Shown piece by piece: positions 1 to 7,320 of a stretch of 25,374 bases of DNA (the stretch's first letter is position 1; every line of letters starts with the position of its first letter). Source of the DNA: Okeania sp. (lineage in GTDB: Bacteria > Cyanobacteriota > Cyanobacteriia > Cyanobacteriales > Microcoleaceae); NCBI RefSeq assembly GCF_035285525.1, contig NZ_JAYKGW010000037.1, forward strand, positions 1 through 25,374, read 5' to 3'. The notes under the pieces are model-generated. The model ran no database searches and was not told where the DNA came from. It worked only from the letters and a program-made list of their open reading frames with translations. The translations under genes and the position numbers were made by a program.

Positions 1-75
1 ATTGGGAAATGGAATAGAATCTTTATTATCTCTGAGAACCAGTAAGATTTCATTATTACTATTAAATAAAATCAT
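1..75 (-). CDS. NUDIX hydrolase, 5' end only (gene continues beyond the left edge)
   Basis: The reverse complement of 1-75 reads ATG... = MILFNSNNEILLVLRDNKDSIPFPN. This matches the typical N-terminus of small NUDIX hydrolases (..ILLxLRDxKxxIPFPNxWDLPGG). Only 25 codons are visible, and it is not in the ORF track because it is truncated. Confidence 0.4.
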   Translation of the reverse strand, partial: MILFNSNNEILLVLRDNKDSIPFPN

Positions 76-263
76 TACACAACCTGGAATTTTATTCAGA
101 TTTTTCTTCTAATTAAAAAAATGATAACTGTTTAGGAATGTTGTATGTTAGGATTTTGAAACCAAATCTGTACGGTTTTTTGGCAGACCATTTCTGATGG
201 CTATAGCGATCGCCTTTTTTCCAGAGGATAAAATTAAGTAACTATTTACTTAGTAGTTTTGGT

Positions 264-304
264 AACACAACCTTCCAGGTGGTTACAGGCTGGAAGGTTG
301 TGTT
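264..304. terminator. Stem-loop just downstream of the 746-aa minus-strand gene
   Basis: ACACAACCTTCCAG (265-278) pairs perfectly with CTGGAAGGTTGTGT (290-303), with one further A/T pair at 264/304, around an 11-nt loop. It lies 20 nt past the stop at 324. There is no clear U-tract. Confidence 0.35.
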
Positions 305-323
305 GCACTTTCGCAAATTTCCT

Positions 324-2564
324 CTACTTATCAACAACTAAATTATTAATTTTCCATCCACATTTATCAGTTAATTTATCGCTATTAATACTCGTATTTT
401 GCAAAAGTAAATAAACACTATTTTTCCCCCAAAGAGAAAAATAAAAATCTGAAGTTATTCTAGGAAAATAATTTTTAGCGGTTGTATCAAGAAAATTTCC
501 TTGCTCATCTAATAGAGAAAATTTAATAGATAAACCATTACATTCTTGATGAAGAAAGTCTAACTTGCCAGTAATTTTTACTGAAGAAGATAACTCTCCT
601 AAATAGAGAAAATATTTGGATGTTTCTTTACTAATATCCCCAGGGTCTGTCATGAAATTATAACTATTATTAGAAACTTGAGTAACTGCCGAATAATTAT
701 AAGTAATATAAGGAGATTGATTTAAACTCATCCAGTCTAACTGTCTCCCCGGACGTTGGGGAACTTTTTTTTGCATTGCTGATAAAGTTTGTACGGCAGT
801 TGGTACAGAAGTCGGACGAATCCTTTGATAAAAACTAACAGTTACTCCTCCATCTAAAGTAAATTCTTCTGGCAATTTTTGGAAGTCTTGACTAATGGGT
901 AAATTTTGAGTAAAAGCATCATAAACCAACTTAACTAAATCTTGTTGTCCTGGTTTTAAGACTTGTTCATCAGTTAATAATACTTTCTGAAATGGATGAG
1001 CAATAACTACATATTGTGCTGCTAATAATTCTGGTAATGGGTAAGTATCACGGGTGTCAATATGTGGTTTACTTATTGCTCTTAAGTTAGACGAATTTTC
1101 AGGATTAATTATTCGGTTTGTGTTTCTAATAATATTGGCATTAAACTGATTTGAGGAAGCAGCTATATATACTAATTCTCGATTCGGTGCTAATTTACTT
1201 AGATAATTAGTTAAAGCCAAAACTTCATCGTAGTCAGAACGTATTAATGGGGAAAAGTTATTGGCAAATAATGGTCGTAGAAAGTTATTAAATTTGCCGA
1301 CAGGTGTTAAACCAAAGATGATATTAATGATTAAATATATTCCGGTAATGCTGAGAATTATTAATTTAGTTTTGCCTTGAAAAGTATGAATGGTTATCCA
1401 GATAAATGAGGATATTCCTAAAACTATTATTGGGGTTAAATGTAGGGAGTAATGAATATTTCCATAGCGCAGCCAAATTAACCATTCAGCTACAGAAAAT
1501 ATTCCGAATAATAAGAGAAAAATAGTGGTGGATGGAATTAGAATTTTTTTCAGAACTCCTACAGAAAATCCGATGGCAACTAATAGTAAAGTTATTAATC
1601 CATAGAAACAGCTATAACGCCAGAATATGTCAGGTATTGATAAGCTCCAAGCTGCATAAAGAGTTCGATAATTTTCTGTTAAAGAACTTTGGATAAAACC
1701 CCAGGCAAATATTGATATAGTCAGGAAAGCTGTTAGGAAAATTAGACTAATTTTTATCGCACTTTCTAACAAATTATCCATTTTTAAAGGAAATTTAGGG
1801 AGATTCAAACTTTCCTTTTCAAACGAGGATTTAGATAGATTCAAAGTCCCCCTTTCTAAGGGGGATTTAGGGGGATTAAAATTAGTCAAAAAGTCGAGAA
1901 TAACTTGACAACTAATCGCAGCCAAAAAAGCTATGGCGCTATAGGCAAAATGTCTTCTTAAAACTATAGATATTCCTAAACAAAATCCAATCATAGGAAT
2001 TTGCCACCAAGCAGTTAATCTAATATTTTTTAAGTAAAACAAAATCGCCAATAAAATAGGTAAAGTCGCTCCCATATCCGGATATCCTCTTAAACTAGGA
2101 CTCCAACTTATAGGTATTAGTAAAGCGATCGCTACTGTTGACCAAAATACCCATCGAGAATAAACAGGAATTAATTTTGTAGCTATGGCTCCTATTAATA
2201 AACTAAAGGGTAATAAATAGATCAGATTAAGACTGAGGATATAAACAATTCTGTGGTTGCCAAAAATATAAAGAAATGGAATTAATGGCAATGTGATTAG
2301 ATAATTTTTCTGTTGAGATAAAGAACCTATAATATCATTAATTGCTCTTTCGGTAGATTCTCGAAATAAATTTGTTAAATTATTTGCAGCATTCTGATAT
2401 CCTACAAAATCCCACCAATAAATTGTATGTTCGTTAGATACATATATTGATGTTATAGCAATAATAATAAAAACTACAGTCAGCAAAAGAATTATATTAG
2501 TCAAAAAGTTAGACTGTGAATTAAACTTAGTATTTAATGATTTTAAAAAAGAGTAAGTTTTCAT
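324..2564 (-). CDS. Large polytopic membrane protein, possibly a GT-C-type (ArnT/PMT-like) glycosyltransferase, with a soluble C-terminal domain
   Basis: 746-aa ORF. The N-terminal ~420 aa are a run of hydrophobic helices and the C-terminal ~320 aa are hydrophilic. Neighbours are sugar-nucleotide and GT2 genes. Coding status is secure; the function is only an architecture-based guess. Confidence 0.7.
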   Translation of the reverse strand: MKTYSFLKSLNTKFNSQSNFLTNIILLLTVVFIIIAITSIYVSNEHTIYWWDFVGYQNAANNLTNLFRESTERAINDIIGSLSQQKNYLITLPLIPFLYIFGNHRIVYILSLNLIYLLPFSLLIGAIATKLIPVYSRWVFWSTVAIALLIPISWSPSLRGYPDMGATLPILLAILFYLKNIRLTAWWQIPMIGFCLGISIVLRRHFAYSAIAFLAAISCQVILDFLTNFNPPKSPLERGTLNLSKSSFEKESLNLPKFPLKMDNLLESAIKISLIFLTAFLTISIFAWGFIQSSLTENYRTLYAAWSLSIPDIFWRYSCFYGLITLLLVAIGFSVGVLKKILIPSTTIFLLLFGIFSVAEWLIWLRYGNIHYSLHLTPIIVLGISSFIWITIHTFQGKTKLIILSITGIYLIINIIFGLTPVGKFNNFLRPLFANNFSPLIRSDYDEVLALTNYLSKLAPNRELVYIAASSNQFNANIIRNTNRIINPENSSNLRAISKPHIDTRDTYPLPELLAAQYVVIAHPFQKVLLTDEQVLKPGQQDLVKLVYDAFTQNLPISQDFQKLPEEFTLDGGVTVSFYQRIRPTSVPTAVQTLSAMQKKVPQRPGRQLDWMSLNQSPYITYNYSAVTQVSNNSYNFMTDPGDISKETSKYFLYLGELSSSVKITGKLDFLHQECNGLSIKFSLLDEQGNFLDTTAKNYFPRITSDFYFSLWGKNSVYLLLQNTSINSDKLTDKCGWKINNLVVDK
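1775..1877 (-). repeat. Family-D hairpin repeat (CCCCCTAAATCCCCCTT.GAAAGGGGGAC), three degenerate 36-nt units, in frame inside the membrane-protein CDS
   Basis: The minus strand reads aatccccctaaatcccccttagaaagggggactttgaatct / atctaaatcctcgtttgaaaaggaaagtttgaatct / ccctaaatttcctttaaaaatgg. This translates as PKSPLERGTLNL / SKSSFEKESLNL / PKFPLKMDNLL. The same DNA motif is intergenic at 15812, 16544 and 22694. Confidence 0.75.
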
Positions 2565-2602
2565 GTTTTATATTAAATATGTTGGCAATAAAAGTGTTAT
2601 CG

Positions 2603-2663
2603 GAAACCGGGTTTTAGGGAGGTAGACATTAGTTAATGGGGTCTTTCATACAAACCCAGTTTC
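2603..2663. repeat. Family-F inverted repeat (GAAACCGGGTTT ... AAACCCAGTTTC)
   Basis: Arms at 2603-2614 and 2652-2663 are complementary at 11 of 12 positions. The related GAAACC(C)GGTTTC hairpins recur at 10244-10274. It lies in the leader/promoter region of the 746-aa gene. Confidence 0.6.
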
Positions 2664-2699
2664 TATATTTGATAGCTAATTTTATAGCTAATTAATTAG

Positions 2700-2942
2700 G
2701 GAAAATTATCTGATACTATAGTAATCCTAAATGGGTGCATATCACATTATTCCCTGTTCCCTAAAAAAGGAAAATTATCTGATACTATAGTAGTCCTAAA
2801 TGGGTAAATCCCACATTTACTAAAATACTTTTTTCCTCCATAACTATTCCTTTCATATCTGTTCCCTGTTCCCAGTTAAGTGTTCCCTAAAAAAAGTAAA
2901 TAAAAAATGGAACTTATACCTGTTTTCTGTTATCTATAGATA
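2700..2942 (+). promoter_or_regulatory. Divergent-promoter region with two 37-nt direct repeats and three CTATAG-core palindromes
   Basis: GGAAAATTATCTGATACTATAGTA(A/G)TCCTAAATGGGT occurs at 2700-2736 and 2769-2805 (period 69). Each copy contains the perfect palindrome TACTATAGTA (2714-2723, 2783-2792). A third perfect palindrome, TATCTATAGATA, lies at 2931-2942. The region is between divergent genes (starts at 2564 minus and 3074 plus). Confidence 0.4.
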
Positions 2943-3073
2943 TAGCAAATTTCATCAAATATTGGGCATAGCTATCACAGGCAAGATGCTTGTGCTACCT
3001 TATTGTTAAGCTGAAAAAAATCAGCCCCAAAAACACAAACTACTGCCAAAAAACTCTAATTGTAAATATTAAT

Positions 3074-4165
3074 ATGAAAGCATTAATTCTCTCTGGTGGA
3101 AAAGGAACAAGACTACGCCCTCTTACCTATACAGGAGCAAAACAATTAGTACCAGTTGCTAATAAGCCTATTTTGTGGTATGGAATTGAAGGTATTGTGG
3201 CAGCAGGTATTACGGACATCGCAATTATTATTAGTCCAGAAACCGGAAAAGAAGTACAAGAATTAACAGGAAATGGCGAACAATTTGGCGCTAAAATTAC
3301 TTATATTCTCCAAGAGCAACCTGCTGGTTTAGCTCATGCTGTTAAAATTGCTCAACCATTTTTGGGAGATTCTCCTTTCATTATGTATCTGGGAGATAAT
3401 ATCATTGAAAGTCAGCTTGGGCAATTTTTAGATACTTTTAAACAGAAACAATTAGATGCTTTAATTTTATTGCGCAAAGTTCCTAATCCTAGAGCTTTTG
3501 GTGTAGCCAAAGTAGATGAACAAGGAAAGGTATTAGGATTAGTTGAAAAGCCGAAAGTTCCCCCATCAGATTTAGCACTTGTGGGTGTATATTTCTTTTC
3601 TCAAAAAATACATAATGCTATTGCTAATATTAAACCTTCTGCTAGGGGAGAATTAGAAATTACTGATGCTATTCAATATTTAATTGACCAACAAACTCTT
3701 GAAGAACCAGAAATTTCTGTGGAAGCACGCACTTTAGAAGGTTGGTGGTTAGATACTGGTAAAAAAGATGATTTACTGAGTGCGAATCAAATTATTTTAG
3801 ATACTCGAATAACTACATCTGTAGATGGAGAAATAGATTCTAAAAGTCAAATTATTGGCAGGGTAAAAATTGGTAAAAATACAAAACTAATTAATTGTAG
3901 TGTTCGAGGTCCGGTAATAATAGGTGATGATTGTCACTTGGAAAATTGTTTTATCGGACCCTATAGTAGTATTGCCGATAATGTGACTTTAATAGATGTT
4001 GATATCGAACATAGTGTCATATTACAAGGAGCAAAAATTATTGAAATTCATCAACGTATTGTTGATAGTTTGCTCGGCCGTCGTGCGCAATTAATTAATG
4101 CTCCACAACGTCCTAAAGCCTTACGGTTTATGATTGGTGATGATAGTCAAATAGAATTAACATAA
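3074..4165 (+). CDS. Sugar-1-phosphate nucleotidyltransferase, long-form glucose-1-phosphate thymidylyltransferase type (N-terminal NTP-transferase plus C-terminal beta-helix)
   Basis: The ORF track starts at a TTG (2990). The first ATG at 3074 gives MKALILSGGKGTRLRPLTYTGAKQLVPVANKPIL, the classic G-x-G-T-R-x-x-P nucleotidyltransferase N-terminus. The C-terminal third has hexapeptide-like I/V-G periodicity. Confidence 0.85.
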   Translation: MKALILSGGKGTRLRPLTYTGAKQLVPVANKPILWYGIEGIVAAGITDIAIIISPETGKEVQELTGNGEQFGAKITYILQEQPAGLAHAVKIAQPFLGDSPFIMYLGDNIIESQLGQFLDTFKQKQLDALILLRKVPNPRAFGVAKVDEQGKVLGLVEKPKVPPSDLALVGVYFFSQKIHNAIANIKPSARGELEITDAIQYLIDQQTLEEPEISVEARTLEGWWLDTGKKDDLLSANQIILDTRITTSVDGEIDSKSQIIGRVKIGKNTKLINCSVRGPVIIGDDCHLENCFIGPYSSIADNVTLIDVDIEHSVILQGAKIIEIHQRIVDSLLGRRAQLINAPQRPKALRFMIGDDSQIELT

Positions 4166-4204
4166 TTAGGTTTAGTAGTGAATTGTTTCACATAAATAAA
4201 ATAG

Positions 4205-4300
4205 TGCATGGGGTAGGGGCGGGTTGATCTGAATTACTTGTGAAAACCGTTAACTAACTTGTGAAACCCGCCCCTACGAATCCTGATTCCCTAATGCACA
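4205..4300. repeat. Family-A hairpin/MITE-like element (GTGCATGGGGTAGGGGCGGGTT ... AACCCGCCCCTAC ... ATGCAC)
   Basis: The left arm gtgcatggggtaggggcgggtt pairs with the right arm aaacccgcccctac. The internal sequence resembles the reverse complement of the copy at 19813-19880. Confidence 0.75.
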
Positions 4301-4351
4301 ATTTTAGCTGTGTCAATTTACTACTAAACTGAATTTTAATTTGATAAAAAT

Positions 4352-4972
4352 ATGTCTTTTAGTCGTTACAAAAGTATTAGTTTAGTTCTCCAATAATTTC
4401 AGATTAACTATCAGGAAGCTGATTTTATTCTTGAGAAGAAGTTTAATGTTCCTGAGTATTTCAAAAATGATATACAAATAGTTATGCGAGAAGGAATAGT
4501 GGATAATTCAGAATTTGCTATTTGTGAAAATTTGATTTATCCTGTTTGAAAATAAGTCTGGAAGTCTTATTGTTATAAGTTGACTTTGTGGAGTCATCAA
4601 TCTCTGATTTATAATGATAATTTATCTGGATTTCCTGAATATATATTAGCTAAACTTTCCCCTTAAGGAAAAGTTATTTTTGATAAACCTTATCTACTTT
4701 TAGTCGAGGCAAAACAAGATAAATTTGATGAAGCTTGGGGAAAATGTTTAGCCGAAATGGTAGCTGGTCAAAAGTTGAAGAATAATCCAAAATTAGTAGT
4801 TTTTGGTATTGTTTCTAATGCCAAAATCTGGCAGTTTGGTAATTTAACTGAAGATAGCTTTACTAAAAATATTACTTTTTACATTTTTCAAGATTTAGAC
4901 CAGTTATTTGCTATAGTTAATTACGTTTTTCAACAATGTGAATTACAGTTAGATAATCTAGTCGTTGTTTGA
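4352..4972 (+). pseudogene. HsdR-N-like PD-(D/E)XK domain protein, paralog of 6455..7051, inactivated by four in-frame stops
   Basis: A single frame runs from ATG 4352 to the stop at 4970-4972. It is interrupted by TAA 4394-4396, TGA 4547-4549, TAA 4553-4555 and TAA 4664-4666, with no frameshift. The translation ...LSGFPEYILAKLSP*GKVIFDKPYLLLVEAKQDKFDEAWGKCLAEMVAGQ...IWQF parallels ...LNGFCDFIISRS..VITLVEAKNDNLKSGFSQCIAEMLAAQ...VWQF of the intact copy. Confidence 0.8.
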
Positions 4973-5013
4973 TTTTTTATTTCCTAAAAAATTAACTTTA
5001 AATCTATTAAAAA

Positions 5014-5270
5014 GTAGGGGCGGGTTGTTGCTAGAGTTTTTATGCTTACTTGAAAATTTATATAAACCCGCCCTCATGGACAAAATTAATTAAATATTTC
5101 AGCAGTAGGGGCGGGTTGTTGCTAGAGTTTTTATGCTTACTTGAAAATTTATATAAACCCGCCCTCATGCACAAAATTAATTAAATATTTCAGCAGTAGG
5201 GGCGGGTTGTTGCTAGAGTTTTTATGCTTACTTGAAAATTTATATAAACCCGCCCTCATGCACAAAATTA
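5014..5270 (+). repeat. Tandem array, 2.8 copies of a 91-bp family-A hairpin unit
   Basis: Units start at 5014, 5105 and 5196, each with GTAGGGGCGGGTT...AAACCCGCCCTCATGCAC. I found one substitution between copies (catgGac vs catgCac). The array ends 25 nt before the GT2 start codon. ORF 5141..5353 is an artefact of this array. Confidence 0.9.
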
Positions 5271-5294
5271 GATATAGCATTTTTCATATTTTAA

Positions 5295-6179
5295 ATGACT
5301 ATAAACTCCCAAGGAGAAACCAATATAAATACTATCTACTTTCTCACAGTTAACTACTATTCAACTGAGTTAATTAAAAAATTAATCTATTCCATCAAAT
5401 TAACTTCCCACCTCTTTGAAAAAATTATCATTATTAATAATTCAACTGATGATAAGTCTATTTATCAACTTCAAGAAAATACCACAATTATTATTGAATC
5501 AGAAACTAATTTAGGATTTGGTAAAGCCTGCAATTTAGGATTAAATTGGATTGATAATCAAAATCCCCAAGCAATAGTTTGGTTAATTAATCCCGACGCT
5601 TATTTATTACCTGATTCTTTGGAAAAAACACATCATTTTTTAGCCGAAAATCCAGAATTTTCCATATTAGGAACAACCGTCTATGAACCCACAGGTAAAG
5701 TTTGGTTTGGAGGCGGAAAATTTATTCCGGAAAATGGCAAAATAATTGCTGACGAATTTCTCTCCAACACAGAAACATCAATCACAGATTGGGTGACAGG
5801 ATGCAGTATGTTAATTAACTTCAAAAACTTTGAAAAATACCCTCAGTTTGATGATGATTATTTTTTATATTATGAAGATTTTGATTTCTGTAGACGCTAT
5901 GCTAAACAAGGTCATAAAATTGCTATAACTCAGAAAATTTCCGTACTTCATCAACCATCTTCTGTTACTAATAAAAATCCCGAATTAAAATTTGAACATA
6001 GCATCTATAGTTACCTCTTAAGTTTAGCCAAACATGCTAATAAATCAGTTTTAATATATAGATTACTCAGAATTACTATAGCAGCCTTAATTATGTTACC
6101 AATAAATTATAAAATAGCTAGTATTAAACTCAAAGCCATTGGAAAATTTATTAGACATAATCATAGTAGAAAAAAGTGA
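5295..6179 (+). CDS. Family-2 glycosyltransferase (rhamnosyltransferase-like)
   Basis: 294 aa. It has FLTVNYYS...IIINNSTDD near the N-terminus, NLGFGKACNLG, INPDAY (DxD-like) and YYEDFDFCRR, all typical GT2 signatures. Confidence 0.8.
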   Translation: MTINSQGETNINTIYFLTVNYYSTELIKKLIYSIKLTSHLFEKIIIINNSTDDKSIYQLQENTTIIIESETNLGFGKACNLGLNWIDNQNPQAIVWLINPDAYLLPDSLEKTHHFLAENPEFSILGTTVYEPTGKVWFGGGKFIPENGKIIADEFLSNTETSITDWVTGCSMLINFKNFEKYPQFDDDYFLYYEDFDFCRRYAKQGHKIAITQKISVLHQPSSVTNKNPELKFEHSIYSYLLSLAKHANKSVLIYRLLRITIAALIMLPINYKIASIKLKAIGKFIRHNHSRKK

Positions 6180-6242
6180 AACTTGATAGAGGATTCCAGG
6201 TTTATAAATTATATCAAATCCAGTAATGTACAATTTAAGACC

Positions 6243-6266
6243 GTAGGGGTTTGGTCTCCAAACCCC
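6243..6266 (+). repeat. Family-B hairpin repeat, left arm (GTAGGGGTTTGGTCTCCAAACCCC)
   Basis: It is the perfect 24/24 reverse complement of 7166-7189. Other copies are at 18101-18131, 18992-19078 and 25162-25218. Confidence 0.9.
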
Positions 6267-6357
6267 CCGAAAAGAGGAGAGAGAGGAGAGGAAGAAAGAA
6301 TCCTGTCTACAATCAAAAAAAATGTCTAATTCAATTATTAATAATTAAATTTTAGCA

Positions 6358-6382
6358 GTGTGGGCATCTTGCCCGCGTGGGT
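6358..6382. repeat. Family-C hairpin (GGGCATCTTGCCCGC type)
   Basis: gtgtgggcatcttgcccgcgtggg. The same core is at 23068-23084 and, in variant form, in the 58-bp array at 21176-21552. Confidence 0.7.
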
Positions 6383-6454
6383 ATATCTTACCTAGTCTAA
6401 ACTTTCCTGTTCCCTGTTCCCTTCTTTTACCATCAAACTTTCCATACGCAAACT

Positions 6455-7051
6455 CTAACTAACTAAACTAATTAAAATACCGAAAACTTTTGATAAATTA
6501 TTGATAGAATATTCTTCCAAATCTACAATTATAGATTCTTTTTCTAGCTCTAAAAATTGCCAAACTGTTCCAGTTGTCACAACGCCATAAATTTTATTAA
6601 TATTGTTGCCTTTTCTTTGATTAAAAATTTGAGCAGCTAGCATTTCTGCAATACATTGAGAAAAACCAGATTTGAGATTATCATTTTTGGCTTCTACTAA
6701 GGTAATAACTGGCGCTTCAATCACAAGTTGTCTGACAGAACGACTAATAATAAAATCACAAAAACCATTTAAACCTTGGTCAGGATTAACATTAAATTCT
6801 ATTCCTGAAAAAATACTAATTTGATTATTTAGTTGTTTCTTTATCTCTACTAAAATTGGAGCAACAATTAACTCTGAACGAGCTTTTTCTGAACCAATAG
6901 CAACTGCTAAAGGTATATAATCTTTTAAAAGTTCTTGGAGTATTTTACCAGGCAAAACTTCTGGTAAATTGTTAAATTTTCCCTGAACTTCAACTAAATT
7001 TAGATTAAAGTTTGTTATGAGTTCATCTAAGTTAAATTTACTATAAGGCAT
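6455..7051 (-). CDS. HsdR-N-like PD-(D/E)XK (restriction-endonuclease fold) domain protein, stand-alone
   Basis: 198 aa. The motif order is E-x-x-LI-x-P-IL (SELIVAPIL), then GFCDFII, then a hydrophobic strand plus EAK (VITLVEAKNDNL), as in the N-terminal nuclease domain of type I HsdR. There are no other domains. Confidence 0.6.
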   Translation of the reverse strand: MPYSKFNLDELITNFNLNLVEVQGKFNNLPEVLPGKILQELLKDYIPLAVAIGSEKARSELIVAPILVEIKKQLNNQISIFSGIEFNVNPDQGLNGFCDFIISRSVRQLVIEAPVITLVEAKNDNLKSGFSQCIAEMLAAQIFNQRKGNNINKIYGVVTTGTVWQFLELEKESIIVDLEEYSINNLSKVFGILISLVS

Positions 7052-7165
7052 CTTTTTCAGTTATCAGTTGGGTAGAAACATTTGTAAGGGTTCAGCTATT
7101 AGGAATCCTAAATAGGTTGTAATATTTTATCTAAGGGGGTTTGATTTCTTTTCCCCAAGTGCTAA

Positions 7166-7189
7166 GGGGTTTGGAGACCAAACCCCTAC
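7166..7189 (-). repeat. Family-B hairpin repeat, right arm (GGGGTTTGGAGACCAAACCCCTAC)
   Basis: It is the perfect inverted copy of 6243-6266. Together the two arms bracket the PD-(D/E)XK gene. Confidence 0.9.
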
Positions 7190-7320
7190 AGTTTTTTCTC
7201 ACATCTCATTCCTGATTGCTATACAAAGTTTTTCATCAACTAATTATCCGGATTCTATAGAGATGTTTATTAAAGTATAGTCTTAAAGGTGGGGTTGAAA
7301 GACAATAGCTGATAGCTATA

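Noticed and set aside
2990-3073. N-terminal 28-aa extension of the nucleotidyltransferase (TTG start in the ORF track)
   Set aside because: The canonical MKALILSGGKGTRLRP N-terminus begins at ATG 3074, and the extension has no family counterpart.
5141-5353. 70-aa ORF upstream of and overlapping the GT2 start
   Set aside because: It lies entirely within the 91-bp tandem hairpin array and overlaps the GT2 start, with no coding features.
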